The position numbers and the translations under genes were made by a program. Of a stretch of 64,000 nt of DNA, positions 19,699-29,744 are shown piece after piece; the stretch's first letter is position 1; every line of letters begins with the position of its first letter. The notes beneath the pieces are model-generated. The model was not told where the DNA came from and ran no database searches. It worked only from the letters and a program-made list of their open reading frames with translations. Source of the DNA: a virus (lineage: Duplodnaviria; Heunggongvirae; Uroviricota; Caudoviricetes); IMG/VR virus record IMGVR_UViG_3300042363_000940. One strand, 5' to 3'.

Positions 19699-20910
19699 TT
19701 AAATAAACTTAGATTTTGTATTTGTATATAGTTTATTAATTTCAGTTGCATTCAACACTTCATTGTATACCATAGATAGTGGTAATTTACCTTCATATGA
19801 TGAGTGGTATTCTCTACCAATCATCGCGGTCGACGCTCTCGCAGTTCCACCCAAAAATCCCGTATTGGCACTATTAATCGATTGACCATTCAAATAAAGA
19901 ATTAAACCTCCCGCTATATTGTAGGTACACGCTAACATATTCCAAGAATTTAATGGTGTACTTCCACCTCCAAGTAAATAATCATTTGCCCCATTATTGT
20001 TACCAACCCATGCGGCCAAACCACCATGATAATAACTCATTAATTTAACACCATGTCTATATGCTGTATCAGTACAAATTATTGTTCTATGTGGTGCACC
20101 TGTTCCACCATTCCAATAAAACCAACCAGCAAGTGTTACATCACCGGTTATTGTACTTATTGGTCCGTTTGTGATGACACCATAACTATTCGAACCATCA
20201 AAATATATCTGACCATTATTATCGAATCCACCATTGGTCATTGTCACCGTTGAATTACCTGTTACATCGACAATTGCATTTGTTGTACTTCTTGTTCCTA
20301 AAACTAAAGATGTCATGTGGTTTTTTTGTTCGACTTGATGTCCAAAATACCATATTTTATCCCCAATATATGTTCCTATGTAGTTACTAATATAAATTCC
20401 ATCCTCGTTAGCTGCTGTGGTTCCACTTGCAGTTATTTTTATCCATTGATTGGCTGGCCATGTACTTGTATCTGTATTTCCATTATAAGCCAAATTGGCT
20501 AAACCCACATTTGTAATATTGGTTCTTAAATATGGTTGGGACGCACCTGCCCTGCTTTGTCTGTACCATACTGAAACGGTATATGTTGTTGATGGGGATA
20601 CGTATGTAAACCCACACCCAAATTGTACACTCCCACCCGTTGCGGTACTTCTTCCACTTAATACTCTAAGGTTTGTGGCATCAACCCCCGGAGTTGATGG
20701 TTTTGGAACATCGGTTTCGTTATCGTTGTATTCCCATGAACCCACATTCACCCATGATATTGGTGCTGCCAAATATTCACTACCACCTTGACCATTATTA
20801 TATGAAAGGTTGGTTGTTGGTTCTCCTTTAAATGAGTTTGCAGTGTCAGTTACATCGTAACTGAATATCAATCCACTATTGTTAATATTTGGTCCTAAAC
20901 TTTGTGACAT
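19699..20910 (-). CDS. LamG-domain protein with variable CBM-like N-terminal domain
   Basis: GEPTTNL...TYTVSVWYR...GTRSTT...FDGSNSY...VLNATEINKLY. Confidence 0.75.
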   Translation of the reverse strand: MSQSLGPNINNSGLIFSYDVTDTANSFKGEPTTNLSYNNGQGGSEYLAAPISWVNVGSWEYNDNETDVPKPSTPGVDATNLRVLSGRSTATGGSVQFGCGFTYVSPSTTYTVSVWYRQSRAGASQPYLRTNITNVGLANLAYNGNTDTSTWPANQWIKITASGTTAANEDGIYISNYIGTYIGDKIWYFGHQVEQKNHMTSLVLGTRSTTNAIVDVTGNSTVTMTNGGFDNNGQIYFDGSNSYGVITNGPISTITGDVTLAGWFYWNGGTGAPHRTIICTDTAYRHGVKLMSYYHGGLAAWVGNNNGANDYLLGGGSTPLNSWNMLACTYNIAGGLILYLNGQSINSANTGFLGGTARASTAMIGREYHSSYEGKLPLSMVYNEVLNATEINKLYTNTKSKFI

Positions 20911-21617
20911 TATAAACCGAATCTATTTTTTGTTGCGTTATAGTTTTGTGTTATTTCCGTTGGACTTAATGGTCGATTATAAATCCTATAAATTGGAATT
21001 GCACCATTTGTGGCATAAGACCCACCATCATATGCTCCAATGGATATTGGGCTCGATGTGTTTTGAGAGTATACATTATTTGTGTCGTTTAATACCAAGG
21101 TTGTGTTAGAATATAATCTTCGATTAACCCCATCATGTGTTGCCACAATATTTCTCCAAGTACCTGCAGATGACCCAATACTTGCACCACCATCATTTCC
21201 ATTTGTTCCTTGTGTTCTGAAGGTCAGAGTAGAACAATAATATAGTTCCCAAGAACCATTCCATTTAGTAAACGCAGTACACACATATGATGTTTCTCTA
21301 ATCCACATATCTATGGTCATACCATTCTCACATAACGCTTGGTCAAGGATACTTGTATTTGAGATTAATGCGTAGTTATTTGCATCACCATCACTTCCAC
21401 CAAGATGTCTATCAAACATCATATATTTTGTTGTTGTGTCGTATCCCGATGTATTTCCCGCAGATGGTGAATTCATATTAATCATGCTAGCGTTATGACC
21501 ATATCCACTTAAATCGTACCATGTGGTACCACTACCCGGATATGATGTACTATCCATGGAATCTAATAAAACTATTAAACCATCTGTAACTAATCTCGAA
21601 CTAAAATGTAATGCCAT
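20910..21617 (-). CDS. Short LamG-domain protein
   Basis: DGLIVLLDS...SYPGSGTTWYDLSG...YRIYNRPLSPTEITQNYNATKNRFGL. Confidence 0.8.
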   Translation of the reverse strand: MALHFSSRLVTDGLIVLLDSMDSTSYPGSGTTWYDLSGYGHNASMINMNSPSAGNTSGYDTTTKYMMFDRHLGGSDGDANNYALISNTSILDQALCENGMTIDMWIRETSYVCTAFTKWNGSWELYYCSTLTFRTQGTNGNDGGASIGSSAGTWRNIVATHDGVNRRLYSNTTLVLNDTNNVYSQNTSSPISIGAYDGGSYATNGAIPIYRIYNRPLSPTEITQNYNATKNRFGL

Positions 21618-21629
21618 ATCTTAAATACT

Positions 21630-23699
21630 TTATTTAATCCAAATACTATAGTAGTATGTCCCACCAATATTTGCCGGTGGAAAATCTTGACCCGCACCAT
21701 AAACTGAACCAGGTATGATATCTCTATAATCAATGGTACCACCTCTATTGGTAAAACAACCAATCCCTGAAGGACCGTCAACGCCATCAGCGGCATCATG
21801 TCGATGCCACGCAATCATAGTTCTATCTTTATTTCCGTCTTGAGCCCCGTCAATTTCACCGTATTTAAATAATAATTTACTCTTACCTGATGATTGTAAA
21901 ACTGGGTCATCAACTCCAAAATTTGTTATATTAAGTGCCTTAACTCTATTTCTATTAAATGCATCATTTGATGCATCGGAACCGAGTGCTCCCCATTTTA
22001 ATGAACCAAACCAACTTGATAATGAAGAATTATTGGATTTAATCTGACCTTCATTTGTATATAATAATTTACGTTGTGAATTACCTGCATCTTTTATCAT
22101 TATCTGTGAGAAGGGGATTGATGACCATCCTGTATTTTTATAATCGGAAACAAACGTCGGAGTCGAACCCCCAAAAGTTGTATTATCATCCCACGGCGGA
22201 CATGATTGAATTGCATTCATATCATTACTCCATTTATGATATGTTGAGTTATTACTCGGAGCATCCTCATCGTCGATTGTCCCGACATGAACCCATGGTG
22301 CGCCTACACTATTAAAATCAATATACGCCTGAAATGGTGTTGAACCTGATGTTGGTTTTAACCAATAAACACCGTCAGTTCTATATCCAACATCATATAA
22401 TAATTGAGCACTTGGCGATGCTGATTCCGATGCGGTACCCAAAGTATTAACCGCCGTTAGTGATTTTACATCTCTTAAAACAAATCTATCTTTATAATGT
22501 AGGTAGTTTTTATGAACTTCCTCCGGTGTTAATTCTTTATTATAAATTTTAAGAACGGGAATGTCTCCTTTATAATAGTATGCTTTGACCGTATCAATAT
22601 CATATCTACCAATACTTACACTATTAAGTAAAGAAATTGTTGATGTTTGACCCCCTCCATAGTGCCACAAAGTACCATCCAAATAAATTCTCATAATACC
22701 TGTGGTTGAATTCTTACTAACCACCCAATGATGATTACCAAGATAATTATCAGACGACCCAATTGCTTTAGATATTCTATTAAACGGTCTACCAAAATCC
22801 CAATAAACATTTCCATCACCCCATGGTAGGTGTAAATTTAAATCTTGATTTCCTCCACTACCACCCGCAATAATTGAGTTATTCTGTAACGCACCACTCC
22901 ACGATGTTACTATCTCGATTGTTATTTGATTTCCTGTTGGTATTGCCGACGGACTCAAGTTGATGTAATCATCAGAACCATCAAAATTTATTTTTGGATT
23001 TGTATCTGAATTAAAGGTTACGTTCGTTAAATCTAATGAATGATTATTAGTTAAATCTTTTAACCCTTGGGTTACAGAACGAGTACCATAAACATATTGT
23101 GATATTGCGGTACTATTTAAATCTTCTTTGAATGGTCCCGCCCAAAATATAGTGATTGGAACATTTAATGATGCACTTAACGGGTTAATTGCCCAATATT
23201 TTCCATCGGATTGTGTTACCGTATTATACCATAATACCCTTGCTCTAAACCAACCATCCCCCATATCTTCGGGTGCACAGCTTTGACATTGCCAACCACC
23301 AATATTTGAATAGTGTAGATAAATTGGTGTACCAGCCATTGGTACTGTTGGTTTAAAAAATATTGAGTGTCCCGTGTATCTATTCGCTAACCCACCGCCA
23401 GATGCTCCACCATAAAGAACAACACCTAATCCGGGATTATTCGCATTCGATAACCAAGAAACACCACTACCATCCAATGGAGTTAGTGTTTGTCTCCATA
23501 TTGGTGCACCTTTATATGTGTCACTTGTTTGAGTTAAATTTGTTGTAACACTTCCCGGTACGTTATTGTAGTTATATAAAGGTTCATTAAATCCGATATT
23601 ATTTGTTGGTCTACCCAAATATGAATTATATGTGTCACCCGTGTCAAATCCGAATACTAAACCATCTTTTGTTGTTGAACCGTTTTGTTTACTTGCCAT
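21630..23699 (-). CDS. LamG-domain protein with C-terminal fibrinogen-like extension
   Basis: GRPTNN...GTRSVTQGLKDL...FDGSDDY...LTPEEVHKNY, then DGVYWLKP...FQAYIDF...WVHV. Confidence 0.75.
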   Translation of the reverse strand: MASKQNGSTTKDGLVFGFDTGDTYNSYLGRPTNNIGFNEPLYNYNNVPGSVTTNLTQTSDTYKGAPIWRQTLTPLDGSGVSWLSNANNPGLGVVLYGGASGGGLANRYTGHSIFFKPTVPMAGTPIYLHYSNIGGWQCQSCAPEDMGDGWFRARVLWYNTVTQSDGKYWAINPLSASLNVPITIFWAGPFKEDLNSTAISQYVYGTRSVTQGLKDLTNNHSLDLTNVTFNSDTNPKINFDGSDDYINLSPSAIPTGNQITIEIVTSWSGALQNNSIIAGGSGGNQDLNLHLPWGDGNVYWDFGRPFNRISKAIGSSDNYLGNHHWVVSKNSTTGIMRIYLDGTLWHYGGGQTSTISLLNSVSIGRYDIDTVKAYYYKGDIPVLKIYNKELTPEEVHKNYLHYKDRFVLRDVKSLTAVNTLGTASESASPSAQLLYDVGYRTDGVYWLKPTSGSTPFQAYIDFNSVGAPWVHVGTIDDEDAPSNNSTYHKWSNDMNAIQSCPPWDDNTTFGGSTPTFVSDYKNTGWSSIPFSQIMIKDAGNSQRKLLYTNEGQIKSNNSSLSSWFGSLKWGALGSDASNDAFNRNRVKALNITNFGVDDPVLQSSGKSKLLFKYGEIDGAQDGNKDRTMIAWHRHDAADGVDGPSGIGCFTNRGGTIDYRDIIPGSVYGAGQDFPPANIGGTYYYSIWIK

Positions 23700-24973
23700 T
23701 ATAATCCGTATTGTGATTTTGTTCTATTGTAATTATTTTGAATTTCTGATTGGGTTAACCCTTTTGAGTATGCCCTTACACTTCCAATTTTTCCATTAAA
23801 ATTATATGATGAATTTCCTATTCCCCAACTCCATGTTGGGGAACCGATTGTACATTGAGTTCCTTGTGGTGTGATTAAACCACTTCTCGTTGCGGTGTAT
23901 TCCGTACCATTTAAATAAAATCTACAGGATGTACCATACCATGTATAAGCCACATGCATCCAAGTGTTTACAGGGGCACTAACACCTGTTAACCAATCTT
24001 CAGTACTACTTCCATAATTAATAACGTACCAAACACCATCTGAAATCATTAATGACCTCGATGCCCCATAAACTTGCGCTTCCCCCATTGAGAAAACATA
24101 ATTTTGACCACTTACGTTTGTTGGGTGACACCATGCCTCAATTGTTCCAAATGCCTGTTGGTGACCTGTAATTCCCGTGAACGACATGTAATCGTCAGTA
24201 CCATCAAACTCAAGTTCCCCAAGAGTTTTAATAGGTAATCCAAAGTTTAAATGAGCAACTGCTGATGTATCAACAGGATAGTTTTCAAACGCCCAACCAA
24301 ATGCATTTCCAACACCAAGACCTGGTCTACCAACCAAAACCCATTCGGGTCTTCCCGGTGATGGGTTCCACCCTGAAACCAATGACGGTGCACCTAAATC
24401 CAACATCATATTGACTGTGTTAGTGTCGTATTGGTCAGCGGCGTGTGAACCAATTAAAATAAATGTACAATTTGGGAAACGTCCTCTTATTCTACTATAA
24501 TCTCTAACTAACCAAACTAAATTATTTCCATAACCAGTTTCTGAACCACCATAGTTGTCATAAGTATGGTAACCACTTGAATTTGAACCAACAAAATACG
24601 AATCCGCAACCCAAGAACTTGTATCGTTATCCCAAGCCCACATACCTATTCCTCTACCAACACCAAATAAATTGTACGAACCTCTAATATTGTATCCCGT
24701 GTGAATCCCTTGGTATAAAAAACCTATTGAATCGGTACCGTAGTTACCTTCGGGGTATGTTTTCCCACCTCCAGTATAATATGTTTTATTTGAAAGTCTT
24801 AATCCATTAATGAAAAGACTTTTATTACTATTAATTTGATTAACCACACCATCAGTACTTCCATTATATCCACCACACCCAATAGGGCTAACACCCGTAC
24901 CAATGTTATGGGTGTCAACTACAAAATATGCATCTTGTAAACTCGATAATATGGTTCCCGATTTTGACGACAT
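23699..24973 (-). CDS. LamG-domain protein with possible ILEI/GG-lectin-like N-terminal domain
   Basis: LIGSHAADQY...MMLDLGA...RPEWVLVGRPG, then FDGTDDY...RAYSKGLTQSEIQNNY. Confidence 0.7.
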   Translation of the reverse strand: MSSKSGTILSSLQDAYFVVDTHNIGTGVSPIGCGGYNGSTDGVVNQINSNKSLFINGLRLSNKTYYTGGGKTYPEGNYGTDSIGFLYQGIHTGYNIRGSYNLFGVGRGIGMWAWDNDTSSWVADSYFVGSNSSGYHTYDNYGGSETGYGNNLVWLVRDYSRIRGRFPNCTFILIGSHAADQYDTNTVNMMLDLGAPSLVSGWNPSPGRPEWVLVGRPGLGVGNAFGWAFENYPVDTSAVAHLNFGLPIKTLGELEFDGTDDYMSFTGITGHQQAFGTIEAWCHPTNVSGQNYVFSMGEAQVYGASRSLMISDGVWYVINYGSSTEDWLTGVSAPVNTWMHVAYTWYGTSCRFYLNGTEYTATRSGLITPQGTQCTIGSPTWSWGIGNSSYNFNGKIGSVRAYSKGLTQSEIQNNYNRTKSQYGL

Positions 24974-25161
24974 TAAACGTTAATTTTTTCTACCTCAGTT
25001 ATGTCCCATAAATTACCCATTTGATTTTCAAAATCAACGAATATTTGGTCACCATATATTGGGCAATAAATTTCCCAATTACTTTCGAAATCAATCTCAC
25101 CTTCTGAGGTTTTGATTATTCTCTTATACTTGTCTTCTTTTATGTGGAACTCTAATTTCAT
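24973..25161 (-). CDS. Small hypothetical protein (62 aa)
   Basis: Abuts both neighbours inside the array. Confidence 0.55.
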   Translation of the reverse strand: MKLEFHIKEDKYKRIIKTSEGEIDFESNWEIYCPIYGDQIFVDFENQMGNLWDITEVEKINV

Positions 25162-25167
25162 AATATT

Positions 25168-25866
25168 TTATTTTATATAAACCGCACCATATTGGTGCGT
25201 GTCAGAACTTGAACCATTCCAATATGGTCCATTATCATATCCAAAATAGTTACCGCCCCAACATGACTCATACCACCACGGGTTATTACCGTAATATGAT
25301 GAACAACTTCCACTATTGGTATCTTGGTCGTTATCGTATGTACTTAAATTATATCCGCCAGCAGCGTGATTATTGTATAAACCGGGTGAACCGGTACTTG
25401 TTTCATCACTTAACGCGGCAACACCAGAAAACGCAAATGTTGGTGTGAAATTATCAAACTTCCATCTGTATCTTTTGGTGTGTGAACCATTTAAAGGTGT
25501 CCCATTTGTTGGTGAAACAAACTGAGCAACGGTTACATAACTTGAGTTGTTTCTTTTACCTAACGCCTCCCAATATTTTGTTCCAATCCAAACATTGTAG
25601 TTTGTTAATCCCGATAAATTATATAATGGTTCATTGGTATTACTCGATGTTCTATAGTTACACGTATTAATTGCATCATAGTACGTTAAGTTTCTCATTC
25701 CAACTGAACTCGCCCTATTCGCAATAACACATACCCATCCGCCACCATCATATTCTTGGTCCACGTACACCACAACATTGTCGTTTCCAACTTTGATGTT
25801 GTAATATCCACTAGGTCCTGTTATTTGAGATACACTCGTATATCTCCCTCCAAAATGCATTGCCAT
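25168..25866 (-). CDS. Fibrinogen C-terminal (FReD)-like domain protein
   Basis: SGYYNI...VYVDQEYDGGGWVCV...LSTYDNDQD...CSSYYGNNPWWYESCWGGN...GPYW. Confidence 0.75.
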   Translation of the reverse strand: MAMHFGGRYTSVSQITGPSGYYNIKVGNDNVVVYVDQEYDGGGWVCVIANRASSVGMRNLTYYDAINTCNYRTSSNTNEPLYNLSGLTNYNVWIGTKYWEALGKRNNSSYVTVAQFVSPTNGTPLNGSHTKRYRWKFDNFTPTFAFSGVAALSDETSTGSPGLYNNHAAGGYNLSTYDNDQDTNSGSCSSYYGNNPWWYESCWGGNYFGYDNGPYWNGSSSDTHQYGAVYIK

Positions 25867-25895
25867 ATCTTATTCTTATATTATATAAATACCTT

Positions 25896-27068
25896 TTAAG
25901 TCAATCCGTATTGACGTTTATATTTTAAGTAATCATTTAGAATTTCTGTATCACTTAACTGTTTATTATAATGTTTGAAAACAGGAATATCCCCTTGGAA
26001 AAATTCATTTGTACTGTTATCACTACCTATAGTTATTTTATTATTTGGTGCATTGTTGAATCCTGTTCTAACCGGTGTGGTTCCACCCAATACTCCATTT
26101 GAAAAGTGGGATATTGACCCATCATTATTTAATCTTACAACGATGTGTACGTATTGATTATCTGGAATTGCACTTACGGTATGGTATGGTACATTTAAAC
26201 TATCGTAATATGTGAATATTGCCCCCGAACCTGAACCAATATATAACGCACCTCCACTTGTTCCGTTTCTATAACTAATAATGTTTTTTTGTCCCGTATA
26301 TCCCGTACTTGTTTTTCTGATAACCGCAACAATTGTGGTTCCTGTGTTCACATTAACGGTTGATGGTGGAACAACATCAATTTTATCGTTTGTTCCGTCA
26401 AATGTCATTACCGCACTTGAATTAAACGAAACTCCCGATATATTAACTGTCGAATTTGTGGTTAAATCTAATAACCCTTGTGTGTTACTTCTTGATGTTG
26501 TTGTAAATGGTGTAGAATGTGAATTTCTTTCCCATTGAGCGGAAGATATGAAAACATTTGTACTTGTTGTGATACCCCTAACCGCAACCCAATGATAATC
26601 AACAAACGTAGTTAAACTTTCTGTGATTGTGTATCTAACCCAATCACTAGTTAATGTAATATCGGGACCCAGTTGATAACAGCATTGGTCATTATATGTT
26701 GCCAAATGACATGTTCCACTTCCTTTTAAATAAACACTAAAACTTACCGTTTGATTAGATTCATTAACTACCGCATTTCCTTGTATCGTCCAATATGTTT
26801 GTGAATTTGTATCTGTTGTTGTTCCACTAACTTGGGAAAAGTTACCCGATGGTATTGTATTGTCAACTCCATTAATAACAATTGCACTGGTTTGATATTG
26901 TCCATTAGCATAACTAGTACTTACATTCCCACCATAGTATGAGGCAATTGTTGCCACTAAATTAGTTGTTGGTTCCCCTCTATATGAGTTTGTTGTATCT
27001 TTTAAATCGTAGGCAAACACCAACGATTCTGAACCTGAAGTTTTACCAAATCCGTCTTGTACTGCCAT
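25896..27068 (-). CDS. LamG-domain protein with variable CBM-like domain
   Basis: GEPTTNL...TVSFSVYLKGSG...TSRSNTQGLLDL...FDGTND...QLSDTEILNDY. Confidence 0.8.
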   Translation of the reverse strand: MAVQDGFGKTSGSESLVFAYDLKDTTNSYRGEPTTNLVATIASYYGGNVSTSYANGQYQTSAIVINGVDNTIPSGNFSQVSGTTTDTNSQTYWTIQGNAVVNESNQTVSFSVYLKGSGTCHLATYNDQCCYQLGPDITLTSDWVRYTITESLTTFVDYHWVAVRGITTSTNVFISSAQWERNSHSTPFTTTSRSNTQGLLDLTTNSTVNISGVSFNSSAVMTFDGTNDKIDVVPPSTVNVNTGTTIVAVIRKTSTGYTGQKNIISYRNGTSGGALYIGSGSGAIFTYYDSLNVPYHTVSAIPDNQYVHIVVRLNNDGSISHFSNGVLGGTTPVRTGFNNAPNNKITIGSDNSTNEFFQGDIPVFKHYNKQLSDTEILNDYLKYKRQYGLT

Positions 27069-28213
27069 TATATTCCGTATTTTCTTTTAATGTTATTATA
27101 GTTATTCAAAACTTCTGAGGATGATAATGCTCGGTTATAGAACGAAGTATTCGTAATTTTACCGTTAAAGTTTGCGGAAGATATGGGTCCATCGTTTCCA
27201 ATATAAGCGGTGGCCTGTACAAAGTTGTACCCTGTTGTGGCTGTGGCAACTGAATTTGCATTATAGTAGAGTGTAACGGCGGTTCCATCTCTGGTTATGA
27301 CTACGTTAGTCCATTGCCCCACTGTGGGAAGTGTACTGTATTGAAGATGGTCTTCGACATTATATGCCCTTAAAACCATATTAGAACCAAGTTTACCTAT
27401 CCAAAGTCCTCCAGTGACCGCAACAACTAATAGACCAGCATAGTAAGAATATCCCACCGGATTTATCCAACAGGAGTATGTAAAATTTCCAGTTCCCGGA
27501 GCTAAATATGGATTATTACCAGCAGTAATAAAATCATCCGTACCATCAAAAACCATTTGAGAGTTAGAATCGAATGAGACACTTGATAAATTAATTGTTG
27601 AATTGCCGGTCAAATCTAAAAGTCCTTGTGTTGTTGAACGGGTACCATTTACAAACGGTGTTGGATGTGATTTTACTTCTACTTGAAGATTTGAAAATCT
27701 CACTTTAACACTTCCCGATGAACCACCACTACCGTTATTCATCCAAATTAAAATTCCAACCTTACCACCCGTACCAATAACTCCACTCCATGAAATTCTT
27801 TCTCGTGTTTTAGTATTTTTTGTGTTTCTATCTTGTTCGGGTGAATACCCTAAATAAGTTTCTTCATTAACCGTTTGACCAATCCACATAAAACTAAACA
27901 CACCATTGGTTTCATCGAACGACTCAACCACCGCAGATATTGTAACGTATTGACCTGTATAATCGGATACATTATAATAAAAAGTTGTCCATGCCGCAAC
28001 ACCTCCCCACTCAACAGATGATGTTGTGAAATCAAAAGTTTTTGTTGCGCTATCAATTAAGGCATATGAACTCGGCCAACCACCATATAGTGGAGTGTTG
28101 TTTGCCAAATTTGTTGTTGGTTCACCCAAATAGGAATTCTTTTGGTCAGATAAATCATAACCAAATACTAAATTCTCTTCTCCTGATATGTTGGGTCCTA
28201 CGTGTGTTGGCAT
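27068..28213 (-). CDS. LamG-domain protein with variable CBM-like domain
   Basis: GEPTTNL...PFVNGTRSTTQGLLDL...FDGTDD...YNRALSSSEVLNNY. Confidence 0.8.
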   Translation of the reverse strand: MPTHVGPNISGEENLVFGYDLSDQKNSYLGEPTTNLANNTPLYGGWPSSYALIDSATKTFDFTTSSVEWGGVAAWTTFYYNVSDYTGQYVTISAVVESFDETNGVFSFMWIGQTVNEETYLGYSPEQDRNTKNTKTRERISWSGVIGTGGKVGILIWMNNGSGGSSGSVKVRFSNLQVEVKSHPTPFVNGTRSTTQGLLDLTGNSTINLSSVSFDSNSQMVFDGTDDFITAGNNPYLAPGTGNFTYSCWINPVGYSYYAGLLVVAVTGGLWIGKLGSNMVLRAYNVEDHLQYSTLPTVGQWTNVVITRDGTAVTLYYNANSVATATTGYNFVQATAYIGNDGPISSANFNGKITNTSFYNRALSSSEVLNNYNNIKRKYGI

Positions 28214-28911
28214 TATAATCCGAATCTTGTTTTAGTTGCATTATAATTTTGAGTAATTTCTGCTTGAGTTATTACTCTATTATACATGAGAAAATTATAT
28301 ACATTTCCATCTAACGGATAGTTTCCACCAATTTGTAATCCTGATTGATTACCTAATGCCGCTCCACCTCCTCCTGTAGTAGTTAATAGGGTTGTGTTTT
28401 TGTAAAAATTTATATTTGAATTTGTTAAACCATTTCCGTTATAGGTCATGGTAAAATAAAATATTTCGTTGTCAGTAAAGTTACTTGTAGTTTGAGTAAA
28501 GTTTGTTTGAGTTGCCGTGGAATTTTTTATAAAATACCAATAACTTTGACCGTTACTATAGAATACATTTGTAACTATATAATGTAAACTATTGGATGAA
28601 TTTAGATTGACTAAACACTTATCACCCAATGTATCAAGTTTCATCCATGTACTAAATGACCACGCTCTTGATGACCAATCAATATCGCCAAATGGGGATG
28701 TTACTTGGGCATAATCATTACTCCCGTCAAAAACAATACTTCCTTTATTATTGGAGTTAAACGATGCACCATTAATCAATGTACCATTGTTTGCATTACC
28801 ACTTAAATCATTCCACGAAGTACCCGACCCCGGATACGAATTGGTATCGGCGGAGTTCAAACATAAAACTAATCCATCTGTAATGATTTTTGCGGTGTAT
28901 TCTAAACCCAT
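28213..28911 (-). CDS. Short LamG-domain protein
   Basis: DGLVLCLNSA...SYPGSGTSWNDLSG...FDGSNDY...YNRVITQAEITQNYNATKTRFGL. Confidence 0.8.
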   Translation of the reverse strand: MGLEYTAKIITDGLVLCLNSADTNSYPGSGTSWNDLSGNANNGTLINGASFNSNNKGSIVFDGSNDYAQVTSPFGDIDWSSRAWSFSTWMKLDTLGDKCLVNLNSSNSLHYIVTNVFYSNGQSYWYFIKNSTATQTNFTQTTSNFTDNEIFYFTMTYNGNGLTNSNINFYKNTTLLTTTGGGGAALGNQSGLQIGGNYPLDGNVYNFLMYNRVITQAEITQNYNATKTRFGL

Positions 28912-28975
28912 ACCAATAAATACCCAAAACCTCAGTTATTAGGTCTCAATTTGTTAGATAATAAACATGGTAGTG

Positions 28976-29743
28976 TTAAATGTCGTATCTTTTCTTGAAG
29001 ATTTCCCAATGATGTTCAATTTCAGTGTCAGATAATCTCTTTGAGTGGCACATCACGACCCCCATTTGACCGTTAAACTGAGTACTAGGTCCATCCGTAC
29101 CGGGACCATAACTATCGGAGTTACAAGGACCCCATAAACACCCAATACTATTTAATGGTGGATTAATTGACCCAACTAAAGTGGTATCATCCACCATATT
29201 ATTATCAATGTACATTTTAATGTTTGTACCTGCAACTGACCAAACGCAATAATGCCAATTACCATCATTAATTCCACCCGTTGTACTGTCAATTATTTGC
29301 CACGGTGCGGTATAATACCACATTCTTAGAAATCCATTTGAAATAACAAATCCAGCTCCCGATGGACCTCCATTACAGTGACCTAAAATTGCGTTATCAC
29401 CACTAACACTTAATTTAACCCACGCCGATACGGTAAAGGTTGTTCCTAAGTTAAACGTTGATGGTGTTTTACCAAAATCATTAACACCATCAAATGTAAA
29501 TTCACCACCTTTTGTTGTGGTGAATGGTACTCCTTGTGATGGGTTACTGGAGTAAGTTGTCCCCCCATATGTGTACATGGTCAAATCTCTACCATTACCA
29601 CTTAAATCTTTCAATATAGGACCATTACCTGAATATGAATAATAACGAGCAGGGTCGTAATATAATTGTAGTGAGTCAGTAACCACACCACTAATGTTGT
29701 AGTTTGAGTTTATTTTATTATCGGGTCCAGTTGTTATCGACAT
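28976..29743 (-). CDS. Short LamG-domain protein
   Basis: LQLYYDP...KDLSGNG...FDGVND...FTVSAWVK...WHY...LSDTEI. Confidence 0.8.
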   Translation of the reverse strand: MSITTGPDNKINSNYNISGVVTDSLQLYYDPARYYSYSGNGPILKDLSGNGRDLTMYTYGGTTYSSNPSQGVPFTTTKGGEFTFDGVNDFGKTPSTFNLGTTFTVSAWVKLSVSGDNAILGHCNGGPSGAGFVISNGFLRMWYYTAPWQIIDSTTGGINDGNWHYCVWSVAGTNIKMYIDNNMVDDTTLVGSINPPLNSIGCLWGPCNSDSYGPGTDGPSTQFNGQMGVVMCHSKRLSDTEIEHHWEIFKKRYDI

Positions 29744-29744
29744 A

